The position numbers and the translations under genes are program-made. A stretch of 64,000 bases of DNA from Antedon mediterranea (Eukaryota; Animalia; Echinodermata). The notes below the pieces were generated by a model. It saw nothing but the letters and a program-made list of their open reading frames with translations. It made no database searches and had not been told where the DNA came from. Of this stretch, positions 26,508 through 39,229 are shown piece by piece (position 1 is the stretch's first letter; every line of letters starts with the position of its first letter). The DNA lies in contig NC_092678.1 of assembly GCF_964355755.1 (NCBI RefSeq), positions 12,026,352 through 12,090,351 on the forward strand, in the 5' to 3' direction.

Positions 26508-28435
26508 AAATAATTATATACAGTAGTGCATTATAAAGAGGTGATATTTAAAGAGCGCTTCATTTAAACATAGCAAAATTTTAGGTTAATTCGGGTCCAG
26601 AATTCATTAAAATATTCAGGCAACTGACCAACATGTTTGAGAAATTACGTTACTCCCAGAGCATTTATTCTGACAAAAGGCCTACAAAAGTTTTATACTT
26701 TCTGATAGATAGACTACGAATAGATGATGAACTCCGCCGAAAAAGAAATCAGGGAATGACGCAAGTTTTTATCTCATACTGGTACTGGGAAAAAACGACC
26801 AAATCCATGTGGCCACAATTGTGCGGAAAAATTCAGGAGACTCTCGGAAAAGTTCAATGTCGAACGTATCGAAAACCGGAAGAGGCACGAGGAACTTCTC
26901 CAAGTGTTGGACAAGATTACATCTTTACTTCACAAGCAGGAGGAAACTCCTGCAAAAAGAGACTCAATTTGTAGGAGAAGTGGACGCCGATGGGAAATTG
27001 GTCATTGGGGGGAAAATTAATAAAAGAAACCATACACAATGGATATTAACACTTACAAGAAGCTGCTAAGCAGCAAAAACACGCCTAGCTTATTGCTCAA
27101 AGCTTTAATGAACATCATTTTTAGCGAAAACAAAATGGCTAACTCGGTGGCATTCAGAATAAAAAGCAGTTGTGTCCGGATAGAGTATCAGCAATAATCC
27201 TGCAGGTACAGAAGCAGTTTGGAGCTGCTGGCTTTCAATTAAACAAACAAGAACTGACCGAGACAATAAACAGCAAGTGTAGGTATTATACATTCAAATT
27301 AAAAAAACATGATGAGGAACTTCGTTGAAATAAAACAAAAATTGAAATAAAATGCACACATTTTTACATGCTTTGTTTGTTTTACTGTAAATGATCAGTC
27401 ACTCCTTCTAGCATCTTTTAGTTCACCTTTTAATAACACATCAGTGTCGCCCTGCGTTCAATTTTTCAAAGCGCTAGTGTAAAACATCCTAGTAAAGTCT
27501 GTCAACGGGTCTACAAAACTATCATTCTTAAATAACATAAAATACATAGTTTATAATATACCACTTTGGTCTTCTCTCAACTTAGATTATTTAAACCGAC
27601 TTGACTTTGCTCGATCGATCTCTTTGAATACAGAATAAATAAATTATTTGTATTCTTAAAAGTGCATAATTTATTTATTCTAACAATACTCTATACAATA
27701 ACGGATACAAAAACTCACTAAATTGTGGAATGATACTACATACTCTATATACTCTCATTCAATACTATCGTCTGTTAGCTCGGCGTTTAACTGACACAAA
27801 AACCCAGTAAACTCCAGGAATGATGCCCGGGGGGGTCATTCTTAAATATTTCCATACGGGGAGGTGCCGCATTTATACGGGGCGCCGTTTGGGACATTGC
27901 TAATTTTGTCGAAATATTACAATTTTGTATACACATAATTAATTTTGTCAATACAAAATTCATTTTGTCAACACAAAATTCATTTTGTATTGACAAAATT
28001 CATTTTGTGGTGACAAAATTCATTCTGTAACGACAAAATTCATTTTTTGTAGACAAAATTAATTCTGTGTGGACAAAATTAATTCTGTGTAGACAAAATT
28101 CATTCTGTGTAGACAAAATTAATTTTGTTGCAACAAAATTCATTTTGTCGCGACAAAATAAATTTTGTTAGCCGAGCCTACTCAAGCGTGGGACAAAACG
28201 TTTTAACATTTAAATTAGAGGCGGGGTTGTTATTGGAAACTCGAAGATTGACAGTTATAGGCCTACGATCAAACAGCGCGCGAATATCATTTTACAACCT
28301 CCTCTACACCGGTGCCAACAAATTGTTAATAGGTAAGCAATTTATATTAATTTATCCACCGTGAGTAAAAGCAAACTAATTAAGCAACAGTCTAATATGG
28401 AACTTGAAAACCTAACAGTATCTTTTTTTTCATAG

Positions 28436-30626
28436 TGATACAAGAGATCGCCTGAGAGAGCTTTTAAAAGAACTGAAAACGAAGGCTCAGGAAGGTTATT
28501 CAAAACAACCAAAACTTGTGATGTGCCGACGCCTTTTTGTAGTCGAAGATATTATGAGTCACTTCCAATTCCATTTACAAATTGATCCTAGTGGTAAATG
28601 GCTAGAACAGCCTTACAGAGTGAAATTTATTGGTGAGTTACCACACATTTTATGTGTGTTACACTTTCATCGATTTAAAAAAAAAAAATTATTGTGTGGT
28701 TGGCAAGTCGTTATTTGTGTGCTTTTTCGATTTGTTAAACTTATATACTGTACACAACTACTAATATTTAATTACATTTTAAACATTTGTTTTTCGTTGT
28801 TAAGCATGACCAGTGCATATATTTATTTCTATAAATCATGTATCTTAAATTATTCTTTAGGCGAATCTGGAATTGACCTTACTGGTCTCGGAAGGAGATG
28901 GCCACATTATTTTTAAATGGTCTTACCAAATCCCACTACCTAAATTGCTCGACTCTACGAAAAAGCCAAGACATAATTGAAAAGAGGGGGTACATGGTGC
29001 TTGGCAATGTGATTGCAAACATTGCAATTAACCATGGAATTTGCCCCGGGATCTTTGGTAAGCCAGTAGTAGCCCATCTCCTAGGTCTTCAATACCGATC
29101 TACCGACCCAAATGATGTACCGTGTATGGAGTCGAGACAGCATCTGATTAAGGTACTGTAACTTATGGTGTAAACCAACATCTTATGTAAACATGGGCCC
29201 AAAAACAATCATTAAAATGTAATGTTGAACGTAATATGCAGATCTAAAACTGTGCATATGTTTCTTTCAAGCAGCTGTGAGTGCATTATAATCACAATTT
29301 TACTGCCTTCTATCAATAAGCTTGATAATTATTGTTTACAGAAAGTACATCAATTTGCAAATTCGGATGTTTATTAATCTTTTATCACGCTCTTAGATGT
29401 GTGCATCTAACACGGAGGATGAGTTTATGCAACTGACCAATAGTCTACCACTGGATGACTGGGGCATATGCACAAGTAAAAGAAGTGAGGACTTTCCAAC
29501 TATCTTGCGACAATCTGTCGAGCAACTCGCTGTCCACACTGAATTAAGACAATTTGCAGAAGGTACAGTAATTTCTAATTAGTTCCATATTTTTATTATC
29601 AAATACTGTAAGCTCTATACTGTCACTGCGAGCTATATAAATTGTTTCTTTTAAAATATTATTTTGTTTGTTAAATTGTTTTCGCACACATAGGTAGAAT
29701 TTTGTTTAACCTTGTATCTTCTTTGACATTTAGCCACTAATATCCAAAACAATATTTTTCAGGTTTAAATGCATTTGGGCTATTAGACCATTTAATAAAG
29801 GATAAACAGGTCTGTAGAGCATTTTTCAGCCGCCCACATGCATTGGACTCTGAGTGGTTTCTAGATGAAAACAATGTAGCATTTGAATACTCGGAAAATG
29901 GCAGTAACCAACGAACGGAGGAGGAACAGGCACACATGGCATTTGTGCATCTGACTAAAAGTTTAGAACGTATGTAGGCCTAAATTATTAATGCAGTTTA
30001 CAAAGCTTAGCTTTTCCAGTGCTGTTACTATTCAATGAATAGGGAATTATCGTCTTAGAAGGCTACTGTTAGTGACGATTGTTTGGGGAGGACGTAGGAA
30101 TTTATAGTAGGGGGATCAACATAGACGTCTTTAACATTAAGGTTTTGTACTTGATATACATTTTAAATATAACTTAGGAGGCGCGCCTTCTGCACGCGGC
30201 GTCCTGCATCAGATCCTCCCCCAGTCATAGAATTCTTGATTGTCATGCCAAGTGTTAAATTAATGCAATGGTAGACCTACCCAGTAAGTAGGAAGTATGA
30301 CATGTATCATGCAAGTTTGCTCTTATATTTTAGATGGAATGGTTAAGAAACGTGACGAGGGAAAAATACACCTAAAAGACCTTCTACAGTTCTGGGTTGC
30401 GGTTGATGCCATCCCCCCTCAAAGACTGGGAATGGTTTTAAAGGTCTGTTTTGTAGACGGCGTGCTACCCTCTTCCAACACATGTGCAGGGCTACTTCGT
30501 ATTCCAAGACGAAGCAAAGTTGGGGAGTTGGAAGAAGCATTTAGAGAAGCTGTGATATGCAGTCCGTGCTTAGACGATGACGAAGTCGAGCCGGAAAATG
30601 ACTTGCCAGCTGTCGGTCAACTTTAA
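28436..30626 (+). pseudogene. G2E3-like HECT E3 ubiquitin ligase gene, at least 5 exons, one apparent frameshift
   Basis: Phase-compatible GT-AG exons 28436-28632, 28861-29152, 29397-29562, 29763-29969 and 30334-30626 give VKFIGESGIDLTG, LRQFAEGLNAFGLL, LLQFW and LPSSNTC. One base is missing at ~28895 (GLGR/EMATLF). Confidence 0.8.
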
Positions 30627-30663
30627 TTTTGCTCTTAGTAAAACGAGTCTTCTGTTACACATA

Positions 30664-31492
30664 AGCCCCTTTCTCACAGATGTGCCTGCAATATACCGGT
30701 ACAGTGCTGGCGTCGTGCCGGTATCGTTACCGGCATATACCCATTCTCATCGGACTATCGTGCCGGAAATATAACCGGTATATACCGGCTTTCTGTGAGA
30801 AAGGAGTCGGGCATATTCGGCCAATAAAAAGTCTCTGACAAAATAATTATTGAGGGCGTCGTTTATTGTTATTATTTTTGTCTAGCGATGATATGGCGGC
30901 GAATGTTAAGTTACAGATTATTATCTTCCTTTATAGCATATTTATGCAATACATGCTATGTACAGTATATTGTGCATATATTATACAGGTATAGCAATTA
31001 ATTTGCCGTCATCGGCAATCTGTAAAACACCTTAGAAGGCTGTAGGCCTACAATTTACAAGGCGACGAAAGGTCAGGCACCAACAAACAAAGAGCTATGG
31101 CTGGCCTAGCCTAGCGGCCTATATAGATTATGCTACAAATTTCTTCTTGTCCCCTTATTTTAAGCAGCTCTCTTATCTCATTATCCCTCAAGTTCGACAT
31201 TATTATTGTTAATTGAATTGAATAGGCGCCAAAGTGATACACTTGACTGCGCAAGGTGTCAAAGCCTCGACGGGGAACCCCGGAATATAACGGCAATACA
31301 TTCTCACAGAATGCCCGTCTGGCATTGCGGGGAATATCCCTAGAATATTACTAGGTCTAAAGCAGGTCATGTCGATGCCGGCATGGTGCCGGCATGATGC
31401 CAAGACGACCCGTTCTCACAGAAAACCATACCGGCATGGTAATGGTATATTCCCGCAATATTCCTGGCACACAACTCTGTGAGAAAGGGGCT
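30664..31492. mobile_element. PIF/Harbinger-like MITE, copy 2
   Basis: Perfect TIR agcccctttctcacaga / tctgtgagaaaggggct, with a 3-bp duplication ata on both sides. Confidence 0.85.
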
Positions 31493-34026
31493 ATATTAAA
31501 AAAGAGGATATGAAAGGGTTCCAAATTTACGTAGTACACACTGTTAAATATTCCTGACTGAAATATTAAATTTCGTAGATGACGATAAAGCATAGTAAAC
31601 AGCCCTAAGAAATGAAAAACAACCCGCTGGTGACGTCACTAGCGGAAACTTTTGTACAGGGAACATAGGAATTATTTGGTTAATCGTCCACTACGCCAAA
31701 ACTATTTCGATATAAACTTATCCGCTTGGCAGTTTTATTCTTATATGAATTATACATCATAATTCGTTGAATTGAATTTCCTACAACTTTTCTATAGTTC
31801 ACTATGTCGGTCTGTCTGTCGGTCTGGTATTTATTGATTTAAAATAGATATACATTTAAGACGAGGATGAGACTAGTATTCATATTGATGTTGTTGGTTT
31901 GGATATTCATAGCTAGGTGGAGGTAGTAAAGTAGTACTACTATGTAATATTATTATGATGAATGATAGAAATATACTGTATCACACATTTTCGTCGTCGC
32001 ATGTTGTGTGACACACATGTCAAACACGATTCAATACGGCTGCCGTGGAAATTACCGCGGGTATTTCAAATACAGTAACTGAGCGATCGGACGTACGTGT
32101 GTTTAGAACGTTCTTGAAAACCAATGGCGTGCAAGTTGGTCGGCCATTTTTCGAAGGTTTTCATTAAACACTTTATTTATTTAAAGCTAATTTTTTTGTT
32201 TCATAATCAATTATTTATTCAATTTTTCAAAACCCTTTCATATCCTCTTTAACACTCAGTTCTACCAACTGTTCTTAATTTTATATGTACTAGCAGTTAC
32301 CTGTGCTCTTTCATTTCTATTTTCAATGGTTGCTATTTGATTACACTAATCCGTATTTTTGTGGGAGCTGTGTTATTAATTATGTTCAGGAATTTTGACA
32401 TGCAATTGAAATTTTTCTAAACGATAAAAACAAAATGTGTACATCAGAGGGAATGTTTCTAGATGCAAAACTGCCACCTAAATCATGCAAACGACCTCTT
32501 ATTGGTCACACATTGTTTTCGTGTTTAACAAAATTTAAAATTACTTGGATTTGTTTTAATGGTTTTGATATTTGTATTTTTCTAATTGGACTCGTAATGT
32601 GTGCCTATGTATACCAATACCTAAATGTAGTTGCAATTACCAGACATTTCAGTTTGTAAGGAGTATATGCTGTACTATACTCTTATTTGTATAACTATTG
32701 CAACTTTAACGTACTGATTTTGTTAAACTATATATATATTTTTTTCAACAAATTAACGTTTATTTCTTTTAAAATAACAATACAAAACTAGAATTTAATT
32801 CGTCACTTTGACGAATTATAGGTGATCATTTTTATAATTTTAATGACATTTAATTTTTAAAACGATGCACGTACGTTAAAATACGATCGTAAAATGTTGA
32901 CGTAAGCCATCATACGACCCGATTATGTATACTCTTACAGTTCTGAGTTGTGCCTATTATTGTATGTCTGATTAGATACTGTGTACAGTATACACTGTAT
33001 ATCTATATACAGTGTAGCATAGGTGAAATTAGGGGACCCACATTATGTTCTAATTTTTTTGGTATGATGACATTATCAAAATAAACTTGGAGGTGACAAA
33101 TTCTGAAGATTATGAATTGAGCAAAACGAATTTTGTCTACACAGAATGGATTTTGTTTACACAGAATTAATTTTGTCCACACAGAATAAATTTTGTCAAC
33201 AAAAAATGAATTTTGTCAATACAAAATGAATTTTGTGTTGACAAAATGAATTTTGTATTGACAAAATTAATTATGTGTAGACAAAATTGTAATATTTCAA
33301 CAAAATTAGCAATGTCCCAAACGGCGCCCCGTACATTTACGGGTATATTTTCGAGGGCCTGGTAGCACAAGTGTGGGAAATTATGGAGAGTTGGTAGCAC
33401 AAGTGTGGGAAATGACAGGATGAAATTAGTAGTTTAAGTCCCTGGCCCGCCCACCCGTGTTAAAATGTCACGATTTATCGCCAAATTTTGCAGGTATTTT
33501 AGCATAATGGATGCTATAAGCCCGGCTATATAAGCCCATCGCTAAATACCTTTGAATAGGCCTAGAGTTTTCGCATCAGCAGAAGAACACGAAACATAGC
33601 CTAGGACAAAATCATTCAACTGTGACCACTCTTGACTCGTGATCATCGTCGTCACATGCACCGCGCGGACGAGCGATAAACTTGTCATCAAAACACGTTC
33701 GTGATTTTGCCATGAACGGTCTCTTTGGCCATGCTCAGATCATGCCGGGAACCAGTACAAATATTGTGCCCTCTCTGGCGTGGCCTTGTTTCTGCCGTCT
33801 TTTTAGAGAACACTGGATTTTTATTTGGTAAATGGTAGTTCAAGTCCGTAGTAGTTTTCAGTAAAACAGGTAGCACAAGTGCCTCATGTCTTGAAGTGGT
33901 TGCTGCACCCCCCGTTTGGTTTATATGCAAGTGACCCCCCCGGGGAATGATGGGTATTCGAATGATGCTATACTCTATATACTGTCATTCAACACTATCG
34001 TCTGTTACAGGTAACTCGACGTTTAA

Positions 34027-37000
34027 GGCGTCATGTCAAAATGTTTAAAAACGATGACTATGCGTGAAACGCGTATTCTTTTGTTCTTTAAACTTGACCG
34101 TACTTCCAATTGTGAAACAACGTGAAAAACGCTAATATGCACAGCTCAATATTAGTCCCGCCCCCACTGCATGCTTGACTAAATATTTGCATAAACGCGT
34201 TAAACATAACAATAATAAATCGTTTTTTTCGTTACACGCGTATATTTCGTTTAAAAAAACAAAAAACTAAATCGTAAAAGTAAGTTGGTACGTTGTCAAT
34301 CGATCGCCGCTAGGCCGTACATACGCTGAACCTAGGTACGTAGTAGCCTAGGTCCAACCTATCCTTGATTTAAGGTGCGTTGCGATCTCATAATACATAA
34401 CAATTATTAAAAAACAATGAAATCGCAGATAGCCGAATGTGTAATAACTGTAAAATGCAACTGTAATACAAATAAAAATACCTATTTAAAGTTTGCTCAG
34501 TAAACAACAAAAGCCGATCACTCTTGGCAGCCAATCATTCTCGCCGCAGTGCCATTATAGTGCGATGTTGATAGGTGGAGTATTGAGTCGTTTTTATGAT
34601 TGATACTCCACTGCCCACGTTTTTATACTAAAACTACTGTCAAAACTTAACAAAGAAAATGAATTTCTACTGCTACCACAGTTCAATTTCTACTGTTATA
34701 ACATTTTTTTGTGATGCTTTTGTATACAGTCTTTAATAATCCTAATTAATAAATTATCTACGCGTCGATCGTAGGGTGGTGCGTAGGGTTAGTAAACACC
34801 ATTGTTATCGCCTTTAGAAGCATGGACATTGCAAACAAACAATGTTTTGTTCGCTATTTAAAATCCTATCTAAAGCTAGAAGACGTCAATTTTTGTAGCC
34901 GCCCTATGCTGTTAGGTTAACCTAATTTGGCCGGTCATCCGCCGACGAGACGACATCGGGCCCGTTGGGAAAGGGGCCTTTAGCTCACGCAGAGAGGTTG
35001 GGTTAGCGAATTATAACAAAAAAAAGACATCTAGGCTAGGACACCAACAAAATATATGCAAAATAAATATATATTCCATGTTAAGATTTAAGATAGGCTT
35101 GTTAAATAATCATTACATGCGTAAAGAAAATGCCCGACTGGAATTTGGATGGAGGCAAGAAAACATGTGACTCTGAGAGGTTGCGGTAAACAGCAAAGAG
35201 TATCGTGTTTCATGCCATGTGACCAAAAAAAAAAACTAGGTCTGTACTTTTAATTACGGTCTTCTGTCGGCAGTCTTTTTGAGGGACCGATTGAACGTTC
35301 TGATACTAGATACTGGACTATATTATTTTTATTTTTCACGCCGCCATTTTTAACATCTTTTTTTTGCCGACGTACTTTTGTTTAAGGGCTGCGTAAAGCC
35401 TAACATTTTTCTTGTGCAATGGAAAACTGCGCGTGCGAATAGGCCTACGTGAAATGTTTGATTCACACGACTAAATTCGCCTAGTGGAAAACAGGCTTTA
35501 AGAATTTCGTTTTCAATGCGAACGTCTACGAAAACTGCATTAAACGTGGCGCTTAATGTGTATAGGCTACTTCAGTTTTGTTAAGAAAAATATTTATTTT
35601 ATTTTTGGATTTAGGGTGGGGAGGACTATAACTTCTTTATATTTATCGTGACGATTTTTCAATCATAAAATAAAACGGGACACAATGACTTATAACTAGA
35701 GGCCTAATGTATTTTAAAAATATTCCATACCGAACGATTTATTCAAATAAAGAACATTTTTCATTAATTATTTTTTCCCAAACAAACTAAAGACAAGATG
35801 ACAAACCACCAATTGAAATTAAACAAAACTATTATTAAACATTTTTAGTATCTATAATAATATATAATTATTTTGGTTTTCTTTCGATTATTATTATTAT
35901 TATATAGTATGTTAAACTAAATGATCAGAGCATGATCCTATAGAAATAAATGTTGTTAATTTACAAAGCATTGTTTTGTTGAAGCTTTTGTTATTTATTG
36001 ATCCATGAATAATATGTGGTGGTTAAAATAGGAATTCGTAAAATAGCACAGCTTTTACATTCATACATTACGCATAGCATCATAATATACAAAAAAAATG
36101 AACCGATGTTTTTTTCACTTTTAAACAATGATTGTACCATCATTGTACTGTTGTACATATTCCTATACAAAAATGAGTAAAGAAAATTATTAACAGAAAC
36201 TTGACGATGAACTTACTCTATAATAATACCAATAAAGAATCAAAGGTAATAATAATCATTGTGATTTGATTAGGGAGATTTTATATCTCCCTGATTTGAA
36301 ATACAGAAGGCATGATACAAAAACAGAGCAACATTTTTTAACTGTATTATATAAACCGTATTTACGTTACTGTATATTTTTGGCAGCGGAAACGGCGCTC
36401 CAAAAGATATACCGTATTTTCCCAACCACATTTGTGGATAAAATACAGTATTCATAAATTTATACTGTATTTTGAGTACCCTTTTCTGCGCCAATAAAAA
36501 AAGACCGTTATTTTAATTTTCTGAGTTAAAATGTTGAACATTTAATTTTCACAATGTAATAATACTTAATAGTGCACAGGAAGAGACTGTTTATGTAGTT
36601 AATTTATGCAAGCATCCACATATTGTTCATTTGGCTAGTAGTCTTTTGTGTCTATTGTCCTTCTATTCTGCATTATGCTGATTAATTCATTTCTTTGGTT
36701 AAGTGAAATGTCAACTTACTATTTTTTTGTAGACATAGGTTGCATCGTTTAATAATATTATAATTGTTATTTTTTGTAAACAAAATATTGTCCCCTTATA
36801 GAATCACAAAAAAAATGTTTTTTTTGCGATGACGTCATTATACGTTTCACATTCATTTACGCGAATCTCGCGATGTCAGTGTGCTAGACCATTATCTTTC
36901 CGGAAGATAACGTCATCACGTCAAAAAATTTGAATGATGTGGGTCACCTATTTTTATCTTTGCAGTATTTTATCAATCAATCAATTTTAATCTGTTATAG

Positions 37001-38733
37001 CTCCTCCGAATAAAAAGTGATACCCATGAATGTGTATACTGTACAATGACCCAAAATATACAGAATTCACCATATAACAACAAAATATTATATTATTCTA
37101 TAATAATTCTAATAATAATTTTCTGTGCGCAATATTCTAAAGTAATGACGTGCAAGCAAGTGGATTTTGCTGTGCAGATAACTAAACTCGTCAAAGTAGG
37201 CCTAACGAGTTCAAGTCTAGTTTAATTCGTTTATTTATTTTAAATTGTAATATTATTTTAACTAGTTGGATGGCGATCAGTTGATAAGTAATTTTTTTTT
37301 TTAGGGCCAACGTGGCCAATAAGCTTAAGAATGTCTTTTTAAGGGGTCAAAAAGCTTGCTGAATGCTGCTGGCCTACACCTACCATGTTGTTCGTTTAGG
37401 CGACCCACCTAGGCGTATTAAATTAGTCAACAAAGCAAAGACAGTAGCTTACTATTGTTTTATTCGAATATGCTTTGTTTTATTTATCTTTTAAGAACAA
37501 TGGTATTTGCATGTGGCTTTTGCTTCGGAACTGAATATAGTACGTCCATGAGTTGGGAGGTCTAAGTTACAAAAGTTATTCGAAATTACGGATTACATCT
37601 CGGGTCCTCCGTGCGTGGAGTATGTTTTAGTTACCATATGAAGGAATATATATATTTATTGTAAATATTGTATTTATTTTGACCACTTTGACCCTGGGAA
37701 AATAAACGGGGAACATTGGTGGATTTTAGTTTTTTCAATTGTTTTATTATGAATAGCCTATATAGCATAGACCTACCAGTAACATTTCAAGTTTATTTGT
37801 TGTTTATTAGGCCTATTACTATTCTAGCTTTGTTCTCTAAAATATAATAACTACGAAACACCCTACTTATCAAACTCTCATAATGGTCATAACTGAAAAA
37901 CAACTTCAGTATAGTATAGTATAATTAAATAAATCTTGTATAAATCTGATTTTCATAAACAGCAGAGCACATGTACACAATATGCATAGGGTGGAAGAAC
38001 ATTTAAAGAAAGAGCCTGTTATTGCTAGGTATGCCCGTAAAACAAAACAGTCCTTTTGTATCCACGGCAGCAGAGCACGTGTACACAATATGCATAGGGT
38101 GGAAGAACGTTTAAGGAAACGGTCCTCTGCCGATCCTTTGGATCGTCGGAGCACATGGCCAAAACAATGTCGTTTCTTAATATCCGCACGACCATGTGAC
38201 ATTGACTTGACTGAATTAATAATATAAATTAATGAAGTATTTTATGATGATAATCATAACACACTTAACATACAAACAATGCATACATTTCAAAGAACTA
38301 AAATACTGAATCTTCCTAAACATACAAAAAAAAAACCGTATAGGCCTACGGTACAGTATAGGCTAAATGAAGCCTACGGGGTTTCCCCATTTATTTTATG
38401 TATGTATACGTACACGACAGTATATGTATAGAACGGGGAATAGGTCTACATATATCAGCCGATTTCTTTGTTGTCATAGGACCTGACCCTAAAAACGCAT
38501 TTTTATCGTTGTGTTCGACGTAAAATCGATTTCAAAATAGTATTACATTGAACCGCGATGTTCGCGTTAATCGCGTCTTTTTACCGACGTAATAGTAGGC
38601 GGTCCTAAGCTTTGAATATTTAATGAGTACAATTAATGAGCTTGATTCAGACGTTTAACGCGTTAAACGGTCAAAGAAATCTGAACCGCGTTTCACGCAT
38701 AATTATCGTTTTGAAACATTTTGACATGACGCC
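34027..38733. mobile_element. Non-autonomous PIF/Harbinger-like element, 4.7 kb
   Basis: ~45-bp TIRs ggcgtcatgtcaaaatgttt...gcgtgaaacgcg / cgcgtttcacgc...aaacattttgacatgacgcc with a TAA TSD. No credible ORF inside. Confidence 0.85.
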
Positions 38734-39229
38734 TAACGTAACACCGCACTGGATACACTATGAAGAACTATAGTAAATTCAAGCTTGGTTGTTGAGAGCA
38801 AGTAGGGGAATTCCCTGCTGCAAGATGGCAATTGCACATATGTTTTTTATATATTAATTAAAAGTGTTTGCCTATTACACCATTTAAATAGATACAATAA
38901 TTGTTAATGTACACAGAAGTTTTTTAGTATTTTGTAAAAACATGCAGCAGCACGAAGGCTGGCCAAAAACATTATTATTATTAATTTTTTATTTTATTTA
39001 ACTTTGTACTAACATATAAAATGCTTATCTATTAAAAAAAAAAAAAAAAAAAAGGCCTAATACTCTATAGATTATTATTTTTAGTATTTTTCTCTTTTAT
39101 ATTATAATAATAATAGCACAAAATAATATTATAATGGTTAATAAGCCTAGTGTACAAACTGTATGACTCAATGTCCAACAATATTTTTCTTCTTTACAAT
39201 ACTTAGGTTCAGCGATGCCTCTTATAGTT

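Larger units (their letters stand above)
27876..33333. mobile_element. IS3EU-like element (TAC...GTA ends, 6-bp TSD) with long internally repetitive TIRs, carrying a HECT gene
   Basis: TIRs tacggggcgccgtttgggacattgctaattttg / caaaattagcaatgtcccaaacggcgccccgta, extended by >200 bp of ~20-bp acaaaattcattttgt units. TSD cattta at 27870-27875 and 33334-33339. Confidence 0.85.
27826..33944. mobile_element. Non-autonomous DNA element with CCCGGGGGGG TIRs and an 8-bp TSD, host of the IS3EU-like insertion
   Basis: TIRs cccgggggggtca / tgacccccccggg. TSD gaatgatg at 27818-27825 and 33945-33952. Confidence 0.85.

Noticed and set aside
26633-27293. Overlapping short ORFs after the LINE
   Set aside because: Probably a decayed fragment, but unidentifiable.
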